Program-made: the position numbers and the translations under genes
Origin: Stegostoma tigrinum
Taxonomy: Eukaryota
Reading direction: 5' to 3'
Length of the DNA stretch: 64,000 bases
Assembly: GCF_030684315.1 (NCBI RefSeq)
Contig: NC_081373.1
Coordinates: 40,587,989 to 40,651,988, forward strand
Notes under the pieces: generated by a model
The model's input: the letters and a program-made list of their open reading frames with translations, nothing else
Databases searched by the model: none
Told to the model about the DNA's origin: nothing
Shown: in pieces, positions 24,879-38,942 of the stretch
Position numbering within the stretch: position 1 is the first letter of the stretch
Layout of the letters: the number at the start of each line of letters is the position of its first letter

Positions 24879-27249
24879 CTACTTTCAACTTCCGCCAACA
24901 CCACAGCTGGCCCTTTCAAAGTCGCAATGCCAACAGTATTTTCCGACTCTGATTCAATTACTCATTAATCCAAATGATGTACAACACTACCTTCAATTGA
25001 GTTAATGGAGGCTACCTTTCATTCTTTTAAAAAATAATCAGTTGAATTTATTTTGTCATCAGGCTAGAAGGCAAAATAAATGGCTCCAACTCACAGGACT
25101 TCACTGTGTGAAATCAACGCGATTTCTACCTAAAACAGATGAGAAATAAACTCACAGTCCACACATTTATTGATACTAAAAATGCATCTTTGTTAAATTA
25201 ATGCCTTAGCCCATTCAACAGGAGCCATGTGGATATCCTGATGACGCCATCTATGTTGCCAGTAATGTAGTGGACTCTATTTTGAGGCTCACTGTTAGTG
25301 ACTTGTGTTATGAAAAGCAAGATGATGATTAAAAGGAGTGGAAATTACTCACTTATAAAGTCAGAACTGCTGGACCCACAGAATTTTAAAGGGAATTGGG
25401 TTGAAATAAAACAAACAAAATTTGCAGGAAATATTCTCAAAGTAGCTTTTCTGGAAACAAGGGCAGCTGGATGGTAAAATAAAGGGAACGAGCCTGAGGT
25501 GAATATAATACTGGCAGCCAGAGGATTCTAAATTAGGAGTTAAAATATCAGCATGAAATATATTGAAGTCATTTGTCTTTACTTTGTGCCAAATTTATAT
25601 CCTCCTCTCTGATGCATTTTTTGCTGATGTTTGAGTCCAATGAATGGATTTGACATTACATCTAGTGAGTTTGCATTTGATGGGAGAGGCAAGACATTAA
25701 ACGGTTATTGATTAAAACAAAAGGTGTTAACATTCCAGGACATTTTGTACATGGTACCAAGTATCCCATTCTTTTTGACAGAGGGTCTGGAAACCCATGA
25801 ATTTGGAAAAGGAAATCTAGTTCCAACAGGCAGTGGTAAAGCATGGGTCACGATAGAGTTACATCAAGCATTCTGTCTATTCCTCTGGCACTTTCCATTC
25901 AGATGGAAAGGGCCACTTCTGCCTTCTCACATCAAATGGTGATGTTTCCATGCTACCCCGGGGTTTCCACCCTTTATACTCTCCACACTTTTGTGTGGAA
26001 TATATGATACAAAACTTTATAAAGAAAAGATAATCAATTCTGAAAAGAGAGTCCATTGACTTCCAGGAAAACCTACTTCCTCTTCCAGGAGCAGGGGAGG
26101 TGATATACTAAATGTTCTCCCAGAGTTCACCCAACATCCTCTCTGCCAAACTGACTTTCCGGTTCACAGTTGAGAGAGATACAACTGAATTATCCTGCTG
26201 GCCTGTCACATAGATCCTGGCAGAGCAGAAACATATTTGTATGCCACGCAGGTTTCCATAAACCTGTGAAGAAAATGAATTAACCATGGAAACGACCTAT
26301 TTGTGTCTGACCTGTGTATGCTGTATCCTTAATAAGATTGCCAGAAAAAGGAATGGGAGAAATTGGCATCAATATACAACCTAATGCAAATATGAATGCA
26401 GTGGCTCGTCGCTGCTGATTAGAAGCAAAGACTAGCTCCCCCTGACTACCACACACAAATTCCCAGCTGCCACTCACTCGAATCCTACCAACAACATTCT
26501 TTGGGTTTCAATTTATTCTGCTGACTCATGAGTTTTACCAGTATTTAATTAAAGCAATAAGTGGAAGTAAATTAGGAAAAGCATCATGTTGTAACAATTT
26601 TTTTATACCTAGCTGTTCAAATAGATTATGCCACCCTCCAGAAGCAGGTCAGTCTTGAACCTGGATCTTCTTACCCAGAGAAAGGGTCTTTGCCACAAGA
26701 TCTCTCAGTGATCAACTCATTGAGCAATATGCCTCATTAGTCTTGCCAAGTGTGCAGTATGAACAAAATTGAGAAGGAAATGAAGAAAGGTAACCTAGGT
26801 ATGTGGTCAATCCAAAAGAAAAGGAAATTTAAGAAAGCAGAAAGATCCCAGGTTCAGTTATAACCTCAATGTCAGTGAGTTTGTTTTGCTGCAATTGGAA
26901 AGCTAGAGACAATTGTCCTTCACAGCTTTCAGAAGTTAAGTTATTGTTGCTTATATAGTCTCAAATTTAAAAATATTCCACCAGTTAAAAGGTAGTGTGA
27001 TTTTCCCCTGCACTGAAAGATATACCTTGATATATTCAAGAGCAATAACAGACCACAGTTTTATTAACTCTGCTAATAATGTGTTACATCCAGAAAAGAA
27101 GCAGTTAAATATCATTAACCTATCTGCTACTTGTGAATAACCTGATTATAAATAACTGAAAAGGACTTTTAAAAGTGACACTGGACAGTACTTTTATTGT
27201 GCAAAAGTCTTCTAAGTCTTTGTGTCTGAAACAAAGCTAAGACCCTCCT

Positions 27250-27934
27250 AGATAACAAAGTGTGGAGCTGGATGAACTCAGCACGCCAAGCAGCATCTTA
27301 AGAGCACAAAAGCTGACGTTTCGGGCCTAGACCCTTCGTCAGAAAAGAGGGATGGGGAGAGGATTCTGAAATAAATAGGGAGAGAGGGGGAGGCGGACTG
27401 AAGACAGATAGAGGAGAAGATAGGTGGAGAGGAGAGTATAGGTGGGGAGGTGGGGAGGGGGTATGTCAATCCGGGGAGGACAGACAGGTCAAGGGGGTGG
27501 GAGGAGGTTGGTAGGTAGGAAATGGAGGTGCGGCTTGAGGTGGGAGGAGGGGACAGGGGAGAGGAAGAACAGGTTGGGCAGGCGGGACAAGCTGGGCTGG
27601 TATTGGGATGCAGTGGGGAGACGGGAGATTTTCAAGCTGGTGAAATCCACATTGATATCATTGGGCTGCAGGGTTCCCAAGTGGAATATGAGTTGCTGTT
27701 CTTGCAACCTGAGGCTGGCATCATTATGACACTGCAGGAGGCCCAGAATGGACATGTCGTCCAATTAATGGGAGGGGGGAGTTGAAATGGTTCACGACTG
27801 GGAGGTTCAGTTGTTTAGGTCTAGGCCCGAAACCTCAGCTTTTGTGCTCCTAACATGCTGCTGGGCCTGCTGTGTTCATCTAGCTCCACACTACGTTATC
27901 TCGGATTCTCCAGCATCTGAAGTTCCCATTATCT
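27250..27934 (-). mobile_element. PLE family A 3' end (minus, to about 27812) plus an inverted pLTR arm (+, about 27817-27934)
   Basis: DDMSILGLLQCHNDASLRLQEQQLIFHLGTLQP on the minus strand. TSD CTAAGA(C/G)CCTCCT at 27237-27249 and 27935-27947. Confidence 0.9.
27312..27342 (-). ncRNA. Minimal hammerhead ribozyme motif, well preserved
   Basis: CUGACGA-aGGGUCuaGGCCC-GAAAC-GUC^AGC. Confidence 0.68.
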
Positions 27935-29084
27935 CTAAGAGCCTCCTGTCTTGGTTGCCCTTCATGAACACTATCAACAGAAGTTAATGTGGTCAGTATT
28001 CCACATGGGTGGTCAGTTTTGTGGGTGAAGCGAGTTGCCAGCATAGGATTTTTTAAACCAGTCTGAAAGATCGTGAAACTCGATTTACAATATATGCTTA
28101 AAATTCCTGTTTGATTTTTAAATGCTGGTAAACTAACCTCAGGTGAATAGCAGAAACCAGAAGCTAATATGTGTGTCTTTGTCCACATCTGTCCTTAAAG
28201 TAAACGTTTGAGAATTGCCATATATGTTGTTTTCATATTTTAACTCCTCATAATTTGTATTGAGCAAGTATGATGAGAAATTTTGGTCTCTATTTGATAA
28301 TGGGGAACATCTCTGTCTAGATGTCGGATCAGATTTCAAGGACAATATTGATCTGTCATTTTATTTGTTTTAAATCATGTACTTAAAAATACACCACTTC
28401 TATTTTTACTTCAGGAAGAAATCTGCAATAAATCATTGTTGATTTGCAACATCCAAGATCTCCAGTTTCAGGATAATTAACAAGTCTAGCTAGTTCATAG
28501 CTTCTGTTTTACCTCCTGAAATCTGGGACTACTCATCATGTCAGAAACAGCCATGTCCTCCAAGCATAAAGTTTCAGAATAATATTATTTATAACATAAT
28601 TCACACTAATTAAAAAGTTTGTATGATAGCAGATGGATCTGTTAAAGATAATGCACTAATGAAAGAGCTCCATCTGCTACAGTAGACACCTTTACACAAG
28701 AAGCAAATATGTAAGCAATGGTGCATTGACAGTTATCTTACATAATGTGAAAAGGTCATTTTTGCCTGTTCATGTGAAGCACATTTTTGTAGCAATGGGA
28801 GAATTTGTAATCCATCACTTTTACTTCCAAACAAATTTCTGATAACATGCCTCGTGAGAAGAAAAAAATACTAAAAATAGATACTGTGTTAACTTCAAAG
28901 AAAACAGAAGGCAGTGAAATGTGGGCGAGAAATGATACATTCAACAAATTAGAATCAAAATTAACAGGTATGGAAGAGAAGCAAAGAAGGAAGCTGAAAC
29001 AATGAGAAAATGGATCCAGCCTGTCAATCAAATAGCAAATGTACATGAATACTTGGGAAAGGAAATGTAAAATCTCGATAGTTG

Positions 29085-29280
29085 TACTAGACCATTGAGC
29101 TTCTGACTCATTAGAGAGACAGCTGGTGATGGTTTAACCTAGGGGTCACCACATCTCACGCAAAGGGAGAGGTCAAGAAGGAGAATCCTTCTTGGTAACC
29201 TCAGCTGATACTACAATGAAACCCACACTGTTGACATGACTGAATTGCAAACCATCCAGTCTACTGAGCTGGCTGACCCC
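29085..29280 (-). mobile_element. Old tRNA-derived SINE, a different family
   Basis: The minus strand starts ggggtcagccagctcagtag (A-box-like); the body contains gtggtgacccctaggttaaaccatcaccag. Confidence 0.55.
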
Positions 29281-30719
29281 AGCAGCCCTGGGTATACCTG
29301 CCATTGATATAAACTTACCTATGATGCAAAATAATCTCACAATGACATACTGATTGTCACATTTTTATATGTTGTCTTTCAATTATAATGCATCCGCATT
29401 TATTATGGAAATATCTATATAAATGCAAATCTCCTTGCGCAATCTGGCCTTCGGGGTCTTGGGCAACTCTCTTTTCTCAGAGTACTTCCCAAAAATTGAG
29501 TTGATCCAACAACTTTCCCTGAGTAATTGAAATTTCTAATGTCCAAAATAAGCATTTAACCAAAATTAAATTACATGTTTTACAATAATATCACTAAATT
29601 TATCTATTAAATTATCTGTTGTGTTCCTCACATTATTTTATTTCATGGACTCTCATTTACTAAAAACTTGGGAATAGAGTTGATGGTCTTGAAATTTCAG
29701 GGTTAGAAGTGCAACATATGCAGAAATTCTAGAAAAACTAAGAAGAACTGAAGCAAAAGCAATTTCCGCCTTCACAAATGGCTTCTATGCAATTTCAAAC
29801 CAACAATGGCTGAAAATTGGGAAACTCCCACAAAACAATTGGTTCAATATTTTGGCTCAGGGCTGCGCAGTTATACTGTTTGGGTATGTGCAGTCTGCCT
29901 AGTTTTATAGATTGCAAAACTTTAGTTCGAGGAACAATACTATGGAATCTTTATTTTCTTCAGCTTCAAAAGCTTTCAAATTTATTCAAAGAGAAAAGTT
30001 AAAGGCTAAATTTCAAGAATGAGTCTGGTTTAAGTAAAAAACAGGAGACATTTTAATCTGTGTGTGACAAGCAAGAGGCAAAAAAAATGACAGTGATTGC
30101 AAGCCTCTGGAAACTTCACTGCATTGGTTAAAAACAGTGAAATGAATGAGTGGTTAGTATCAACGGCAAAGAAAGGAAGGTCATGGCTGGGGTGGGCTGC
30201 AAACAAATAAATACGAGAGAGAAGCATTTCTCTTCATGTAGGGTTGATTCAATTGTCACAAACAAACAACTAAAATTTGAAGCCAACTAATTACCTGCCA
30301 TGTGCTTCACTGACAATAATATCCTTGCTAACGGATTATAACTGAGACAAAGAAGCTAATTTAAGCATTTACAAAATATAAATTAAAAAACATTATTTCA
30401 CCATTTTAACATATACTAATGCTTGTTTTTGAAAATAAAGTGATTTTCAGGAAAGGAAATAGGGAGGAAGGATTGGAAAGGTGGAGGTGTGGATGAGACT
30501 GCTTGAAATGGAGGATGTCCTTCACTTTGCCAACAGAAGTATTGAGTACAATTGGCACTACAAACAATGGTATGGTCACCATCAAATTAGCAGTGGTTCC
30601 TTGAAGGCTGCAATGGGTGACGTCAACTGTATCTCAGTTAACACCACAATGATATATCAAGGAAGTCATCAGGGATCTCCATGTCTTGTTAAATATAATG
30701 GGCTCATAATCAATCGGGA

Positions 30720-31445
30720 ACTGATGACCTGGCAATATATGTGGAGACAAATTAGAGTTAAAGTTTTGGGTCCAGTAACCTTTTGTCAGAACTGATGGTA
30801 GCTAGAAAATGTTGGCTGAAAAGCAGAAGATAGGGTGGGGCGAGGGTTTGAGGAGTAAATGATAGGTAGGAGTTAGAGCCCAAAAGAGAAAGAAGAACAG
30901 TTGGGCAGACAAAGGAGTGAATAATGATCTGGCTAGGGGGATGAATAGCTATTAATGGAGACTGTTAGTGGCTAACAATGGGTTGTGTAATAGCAGACTA
31001 TGTGATATCAAGGCCTGGTGTGTGGGGGTAGGGGCAAGGACATGGGAGAGTTCAAGTCCTAAAGTTATTGAACTCGATTTTGAGTCCAGAAGGCAGCAGG
31101 ATCCCCAAGCGGAAAATGAGTGTTGTTTTTTTCCAGTTTGTGCCAAGCTTCACTGGAACACTTGCAGCAAGCCTGAGACAGAGATATTGGCCAGGGAACA
31201 GCATGGTGTGTTAAAGTGGCAGGCAATTGGAAAATCAGGATCTTTCTTGTGGACAGAATGTAGATGTTCTGCAAAGCGGTCACCCAGTCTATGCTTTGTT
31301 TTCCCAATGTAGAGCAGACCACATTGTGAGCAGCGAATACAGTAGACTACATGAAGTGAGGTGCAGGTAAGGTGCTGTTTCACCTGGAATGTGTGTCTGG
31401 GCGCTTGGATACTGGGGAGGTAAACAGGAAGGTGTTACACTACTT
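30720..31445 (-). mobile_element. PLE family B 3' end (GIY-YIG + pLTR with a decayed hammerhead)
   Basis: VVYCIRCSQCGLLYIGKTKHRLGDRFAEH; cagttCTGACAAaaggttactggacccAAAAc at about 30755-30794. Confidence 0.85.
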
Positions 31446-31799
31446 GCAGAAGTAGTTTCTTCAAGTGCAAATCATGAGAAACACTTTATTTAGGAGAAAA
31501 GCAAGAATGAGAAAACCTGAGGTTAAACCAACCAGGGAGACAACCCTATTTTGCAAGTAGAAATTCTGCAAGTTGCTATTGAAAGAATGCATTTATAATT
31601 CCTGACTTGGCCAACACATTTGTGTTTATGGTCTGGCAAGGAGCTAATATTATATTTTGTTTAAAGTAGACAACGTTTGAGATCCAAAATACTTACTAAA
31701 AGAATAAAGCTTCCAGATTTCAGAGTTTTGGACAAAGAAAAATAAACTTTTCTGAACAAAGTTAGAGCAGTAAAACAATTAACAATTCCATAGATTTCT

Positions 31800-32750
31800 T
31801 AGCAACTCCCTAGATGTTGGCAACACAATGGAAGACGCCAGTAGCATAGGAGAACGTCAAGAGAGTCAGGGGCAGAGATGAGTGTAGTGGCCTCACTGAG
31901 AGGGTCCTGGGGAGACTGAAAGGTCTTAAGGTGGATAAATCACCCAGAGCAGACGGACTGCACCCCACAATTCTGAAGGAGATGGTTGAAGATGGTTGAG
32001 GAGATTGTGGAGGCATTGGTGGTGATCTTTCAGGAATAACTGGAGTCAGGGAGGATCCCAGAGGACTAGAAAATGGCAAATGTAATGCTTTTGTTTAAGA
32101 AAGGAGTGAGGCAGGAGACAGGCAACTGTAGGCTGGTTAGTCTGACCTCAATTGTTGATAAGATTTCTAAGTTCATTACAGACAATGAGATTGCGGAGTA
32201 CTTGGAAGTTCATGATAAAACAGGGCTGAGTCACCACAGCTTCGTCCAGGGGAGATCATGCCTGACAAATCTCTTAGAATTCTTTGAGGATGTAACAAGC
32301 AAGTTAGACAAAGTAGAACCAGTGGACATGATTTATTTCTAGAAGGCCTTCGACAAGGTGCTGCACAGGAATCTGCTAAATAAGAGCCCATGGTGTTTAG
32401 GACAAGATAGTGGCATGGGTAGAGAATTGGCTGACTAGCTGAAGGCAGAGAGTAGTGATAATGGGGTCTTTTCCAAAGGTGGCAGCAGGTGACTAGCGGA
32501 CTTCCAGAGGGGTCATTGTTGGGACGACAACTTTTCACCTCATACATTAATGGATGAAGGAACTGAGGGTATTGAACTCATTGCCATGGAAGGCTGTTGA
32601 GACCAAGTTATTGAATGTATTTAGGATAGAGATAGATAGGGTCTGAGTAAGGGGATCAAGAGTTATTAGGAAAAGGAGAATGAGATTGAAAAACATATTA
32701 GCCATTATTGAAAGGTGGAGAAGACTCAACGGGCTGCATGGTCTATTTCT
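31800..32750 (+). mobile_element. CR1 RT fragment with an internal deletion
   Basis: ANVMLLFKKG...GNCRLVSLTS...GRSCLTNLLEFFE; CR1 tail at about 32700-32750. Confidence 0.88.
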
Positions 32751-32931
32751 GTGGGTCAGCAAGTCACAGTAAAAAAACTTTGTTGCCTTTAAAAGAGATT
32801 TCAATTCTTCACTTTTAAAGGACAACTTTGGAACTTCCTCACAAGTTGCTCCATCATAGACTGCCTTAATGACTAGACCTGCACTACCCTAGAATCGAGG
32901 CTTTACTTCAGCTTATACTCATGTTATAATC

Positions 32932-33517
32932 TGCTATGGACCAGACCAAACACCATCAAAATATATTCAGAAGATCGCTTAGACCGCAACTTTTTCTTAT
33001 TTTTAAAGGCAAGTGTAATGTGTTGTGTTCCAGATACAATTCAATTAATCAAACTAAGAGGCTTGCAGCAAAACACACTTTATTATTGCACTATAGTTAA
33101 AATACAAACAAAAGAAAGAAGAATTGGAACAACTTAGCTCTATTGCAAAACTTTACAGAATAATCAATATTTGAACTACTAAACAGCAACTGTTCTGATA
33201 CAGTAATATCCCATAAACACAGATTCGGTAAACTAGATTATCTCACATGCAAGGGTGGCAAGTATAGTCGGGAGAGATACATAGCAGCTTCCAAACCACA
33301 ACAGCAACTGAAAGTTAAACTAAAATGCTAGTTCTGTGAGAGCTTGACTCTGTCCATTCATGCTGCTTCTATTGTTCTAACTTTTTAAAAAGACACAAGG
33401 CCTCACAAGCTGTTTACTTTATTAGCTTAGAGCAGACCACTTATTACCTCTGTCTCAAGTTTTCTCCATAAAAAAAAACAGGTCAAGACACATCTCTTAA
33501 AGAATAGTATTATCACA
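32932..33517 (-). mobile_element. Solo LTR, second LTR family
   Basis: TG...CA termini with 4-bp TSD AATC at 32928-32931 and 33518-33521. Orientation is inferred from a minus-strand AATAAA near 33080. Confidence 0.65.
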
Positions 33518-34104
33518 AATCCTAGCTGGTTGCCTCAGCCATTTACCTTACTAAACCAGCACTGCCCGGTGTTTCTTTGAGCTTCAATCCTACTCAGTTA
33601 TACAAAGCACATACCACATGTGGAATTCCTTCACTACACTCAGCCATACTGAACTATTACTGGCATTTTGGGTTTCGTCTCAACTCCCACTTCTCATGTC
33701 ACTTCTCAGAGCATTTCCCCAAGACCTAACTCCAACTTTTAGCTGCACCTACCAGACCTTCTCGGTGTCCCAACTGCCCTGAGCCTACTATAGCAACAAA
33801 TCTTTCAGGGTGGAGCTCCACCTGCCTGCTGTCTGACTTCCTGACCCATCACCTGGCTTCCCTGCCTTGTGGTCTGCTTTGCCTGTCTGTCCCAGGTCTC
33901 CCTTCTCAAGTTTCTCAAGCCCATAGGCGTGCACTCCTGATGTCTCAGATGGCCAGGTTGTTTAACTGCAAAACACAGTAAAGGTCAGGCACAGCTTGCC
34001 CTGCTGCTGCTCTGAGCATGCAGATGTTGTCATCTACAAGAAAATGGAATCCTTACTGGAGCCCAAAACAAGATAAATTCAGGATTCATAACAGCACACA
34101 CAGT

Positions 34105-34290
34105 CATTGAGTCATAGAAGTGTGCAGCATGGAAATAGACTCTTCAGTCCAACATGTCCATGCTGACCAGATATCCTAAATTAATCTAGTCCCATTTGGC
34201 AGCATTTGGCCTATATCCCTCTAAACCCTTCATATTCATATATCCATCCAGATGCCTTTTAAATGTTGTAATTATACCAGCCTTCACCTA
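34105..34290 (-). mobile_element. CR1 3' tail fragment
   Basis: Matches the reverse tails at 7091 and 23690. Confidence 0.85.
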
Positions 34291-35689
34291 CACTCAGCCT
34301 TGCACACTCCACATCAGTCGGCTGGAATATTTCTCTATCACAAGGGATTGCATTCCCTAAATGGGCATCTGGTTTAGGATGACAGACTGTGCATCATGAA
34401 GATCAATACCATTATCCTGACTGCAGTCACAAGTATGTCAATGTGTGCTGGGCAGCTCTGCTGCCTTTATAAGAAATATAGATTTTAGATCTCCAGCTGG
34501 CTCTTGGAGAAGTTTCCCTTCTATGCATTGGTTCATGATTCCTTTTAACAGCCTGTGCATTGCTGCACTGGAGGGAAAGAGCACTAAATAGAGCATTAAC
34601 AAGCCAGTTGGTGGATGACTCAGGCATTGCTTCTAATACCCAGATTGTTTGGAGGAGCTTTGCAGCAAACACTGCAGTAGGCTTTCAAAAATGTGGAAAA
34701 TTATCCTATCGCATACCCATTTTCTATGAGTGGCCTCTAGCCACCCAATCTTCCACCACTTCCTGCTGTGATAAGTCTTTAGTATTAAAATTTGACAGAA
34801 AGCCCCAGGAAGTTAAAATCCAGCCCTGAGACTTACTCTGATCTGCTGATTGTGGAATTATTTTCCTCTAACTGAAACTTACTGATTTAGGCAATCAGTT
34901 CAGATCTGCTACATATTTACACCATTAGATTGAGGATATGAATCTCAATGATTCTATAAATCAACAGTTATTACCTAGGATAGGTTGAATAAGTAACCTG
35001 ACAGTACCATTTCAAAGTAAACTCGTTTATTTTGATAGTTGATAAGAAGGTTGCAGCGAAACCAAACAATGGCTCTCCCTCAAGGAGGCACTCAAGAAAC
35101 AGATGTCAGTGAAAAGGATGGCATTGGCTTCAAGACCTTCAGTAGCGATTCATTAAAACAGTGACAACAATGGAAAAAGTAAATTGTACACCAAGGAAAG
35201 GCATATGGAGTGTGAGAGAGCATAGGGCAGAGACAAAACACGGCATGGATATAATTCACAATAGCAAAAATAAAGTCTGTGCCAGTCAGCAGAAAGAGAT
35301 TAAAGGATATGTAAACTGGGCAGTGATCATTATTTAACACAGCAATAGCAAGAAATGTGTAGATATTAATTGGACTCAAAGGATCCTCTTTACATTTATT
35401 GCCAGTTTTGTGGCAGATTTTTGGAGAATGGTGGGAAAGTTAAAAAAAAATGGGACAGATGCTAACTATTGATGCAAATCTCCACAGCAATATCGTGTTG
35501 TCCCTGATGGCATTCACAAGAACTGCCACAAGTGAACATTTGATAACAGATAATTCAATGCCAGTCAATGATATTTGTCCTTGAAGGTGAACTACTGAAA
35601 TTTACTAACTGAAGGTAATAAATTGCTCTAAGAGATTTTAAAAGTTTAAACTTGATTTTTACTTTTACTTTTTTTTTCCTTACAAAGGG

Positions 35690-37445
35690 CCTATACCTGC
35701 GGTTTTAAAGGATGTGGCTCCAGAGATGGTGCGGACACTAGTTGAAATATTCAGGAACTGCATGGATTCTGGGAGGGTTTCAATGGTTTGGAAAGCTTAT
35801 ATTAAGACACCTTTGTTCAAGAAGAGTGGGAGACAAAAAGCAGATAATTATGGGTCAATTAGCATTTTCCCAATGATAGATATATGGTTAAAGTCCACTA
35901 TTCTAGAAGAAACAGGGAATTTAGAAAAATGTTTATGTAATCAAACAAATTCAACATGGTTTTGAGAAAGGGAAATGGTGGTTGACAAATCTGAGGATAA
36001 TATAAGTAGAACTGATAATGGGAACTGGTAGATATAGAGGATTCCAATTTCAAAAAGGCATTTAATAAGGTGCCCCATAAAAGATGATTGCACAAGATTG
36101 GAGCCCCCACTATTCGGGATACTGTATTAGCTTGTATTGAGGATGATTAACACAAATAACAGCAAGAGTTTTTATTAATATGTCCGTTTCAGTTTTAGAA
36201 AGGCATAATGAGCGTAGGGCACATGGATTAGTCCTAAGGCCTTAAATATTTACTATCTTTATTAGTATCTTCATGGAGGAGACAGACTGTGATATCTCCA
36301 AATCTGCTGATGATCCAAAATTATGTGGGAGGGCATGTTGTGATGAGGACATAAAGAATCTTTAACGGGATATATACAGGGTGAGTGAGTGGGCAAAAAC
36401 CTGGGAGATGAAGATTTTCATAAGAAAGTGAGTTCTTGCACTATGGTAGGGAGGCATAAGGCGCAACACTATTTAAATAGAGAGAAATATCAAGAAAATG
36501 CTGCACAGCGTGATTTGGAAGCTCTTGTGCATGAAACACAAATTATTAGCAAGCAGGTGCAGCAAATAATTAAGACAACAAATTGAATTTTGGATAACAA
36601 GGTGTAGAGCTGGATGAACACAGCACGCCAAGAAACATCAGATGAGTAGGAAAGCTGACGTTTCGGGTCTCGTCCTTTCTTCAGAAAAAAAAACAAATTA
36701 CCGCAAAAATCATTCTGAAGGGTCTAGACCCAAAACGTCAGCTTTCCTGCTCCTCCGATGCTGCTTGGCCTGCTGCGTTCATCCAGCTCTACACCTTGTT
36801 ATCTCAGATTCTTCAGCATCTGCAGTACCTACTATCTCTAAATTGAATTTTGGCCTCTGTTGATAGTGGCTGGAGTTTAACAGGGAAGTCTTATTATCAC
36901 TGTAATGGGTATTGGTGAGGCTGCATCTGGAGTACTTTGCAGAGTTTTGTTCCCTTTATTTAAGAATAGTGGTATTGGGAAGCAGTTCAATAGAGATTCA
37001 CTAGACTGATTTTGGAATGAAGCAGTTGACTTATCAAGAATGGATAAGCAGGTTTGTCTTTATTCATTAGAGTTTAGAAGAATAACGAATGATCTTATTG
37101 AAACATATGAGATTCTAAGGGGGCTTGACAAAGGCGGACATTGAGAAGATATTTCCACTAGTGGAGGGGGTCTTGAACTAGGATAGTTACAGATTAAATA
37201 GACTTCATTTAAAACAGATGTGAAGAATTTATTTTCCCAGAGGGCAGTAAATGTCCAGAATTTTCTACCCCAGATAGTTACAGAGGCTTTCTGCAAGTAG
37301 TGTGAAATATTAGGGAGTTGACATCCATGCTGAGTTGGCATTAAAGAGGATTTGAAGCTTGGGGCAGATCAACCATCATCTTTTTAAAGAGCAGGACAGG
37401 CTTGAGGGGTTGAATGGACTATTCCAGCTCCTATTTATGTTCTTA
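35690..37445 (+). mobile_element. Old CR1 RT fragment
   Basis: TPLFKKSGRQKADNY, FQKAFNKVPH and SKSADDPKL-like segments; decayed tail. Confidence 0.85.
36594..36839. mobile_element. Palindromic PLE mini-insertion
   Basis: 14-bp TSD AAATTGAATTTTGG at 36580-36593 and 36840-36853; A-rich filler at the centre. Confidence 0.92.
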
Positions 37446-38099
37446 TCACTCTTCTTTTTCTCTCTCAATCCAAATGGTTCCAATCTTAATTCTCCTTCTG
37501 TCATCCCTCTTTTAAACTTCTTTCAAAAATTGTTAAAGCTCATTGGTTAAGATGAATGTTGGCTCTATCATAAAGTCCCAGATGCATTAAATCTTACACC
37601 ATTCAGCTCAAGTATAATTTATACTCTAACTTCCTGGAAATGTAAGGAAAGCTGACATTATGTAACTAAACCTCGCGCCAGCAAGATCTGGCCATCATGT
37701 TCTGCTTTGGCAATTATGCCAACTCAAATAAATATTTTGCAAGCATGTCCTCACTTCACTTTCCAAATCATTCTCTATGTGAGCCATCAGTGTTAACAAG
37801 AAGTCACAAGGTCAACAAGTCTGTCGACTTTCCTATTGTTCTTTTCATGACTCTGTCACCACCTTGGTACCTACTATTGTCTTCAAATCTTAATTTCTTT
37901 TTCTCCTTGATATTGTATCCAATGTCTAATGTCCAAAGCTTTTCTGCAGGTTTCATGAAGACACTAATATGGCAGTTCTGTGTCACAATCTGTGCGCTGA
38001 TTTCCTCTTACACAAGGTAAAGGATTAGAAGGTAACCTGCTTCCCATGCAGGATATAACAGATGTAGGAAACAAAATAACAGCTATTAATGCCCTACTT

Positions 38100-38500
38100 A
38101 TTGGCACCCCATTCAGAAACTTAAACAATCATTCCCTCCACTACAGGTACACAGTGACGGTACCATGTAATATTTATAGGTTGCACTGCAGCATTTCACC
38201 AGTCTCTCCAGCAACATCTTCCATGTGACCTCAATAACCTTAGGCAAAAAGAGGTTACAGATGGAACACCAGCACCTGCAAGTTCCCCACCAAGCCAAAC
38301 ATCTTACTTGGAATAATTTCATCATTTCTTCACTGCCACTGGGTCATAAAACCAGAATCATTCTATCCAACACACTTACATCACAGGCACTGCAGCAGTT
38401 CAGGAAGGCTACTTACTACCACCTTCTCATTGGCTATTAGGGATGGCAACAAATGGTGAACTTATTAGTAATGAACACATTCTCCTGGAAGTACATAAAA
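38100..38500 (+). mobile_element. LINE family 2 3' fragment
   Basis: cattccctccactac...caccttctcattggctattagggatggcaacaaatg tail. Confidence 0.75.
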
Positions 38501-38942
38501 ACATCATTTAAGTCTTAGACTGTGTTCCTGCAATGTACACCTGTGACAAAAGAAACATTTTCTGATGAAGGAAAATGGTTTGAAGTATACCAAAGCATTT
38601 CCAGTGCATTGGTGGTAGGTTGTAGATAGTAATCAATGGATTGAGGGAAGAGGTGACTACATGCAGGAAACATGCTTAAGACAGCACACAGTTACAAGGT
38701 AAGTCTGCTTCATGTTTCTTTGGTGGAGTTGTAAGCTAACTGAACAATTGCCAACATTGAACAAAAGTTTGTGGAGGCCACAATTTTCCATTTGGATTGT
38801 ACTGTTTTTCATTGAGCCTTGTTTACTCAGGATGGAGAGAAAGGGGTGCCTTTGCTGGATATCTTGACCACATTTCAAATCAAGAGTAAATTAGGGTTCA
38901 GTGACCTAAAGAACCACAGAGCTCAGAAACTGCAGTAAACAT

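Noticed and set aside
25222-25332. Short exon-like frame (EPCGYPDDAIYV...) and a CTCF-like motif at about 25242-25258
   Set aside because: No partner exons or recognisable homology; the motif matches only half the consensus.
26075-29415. Isolated strong minus-strand splice signals (acceptor near 26263, donor near 29318)
   Set aside because: The frames I translated hit stops, and several such 7-mers are expected by chance in 64 kb.
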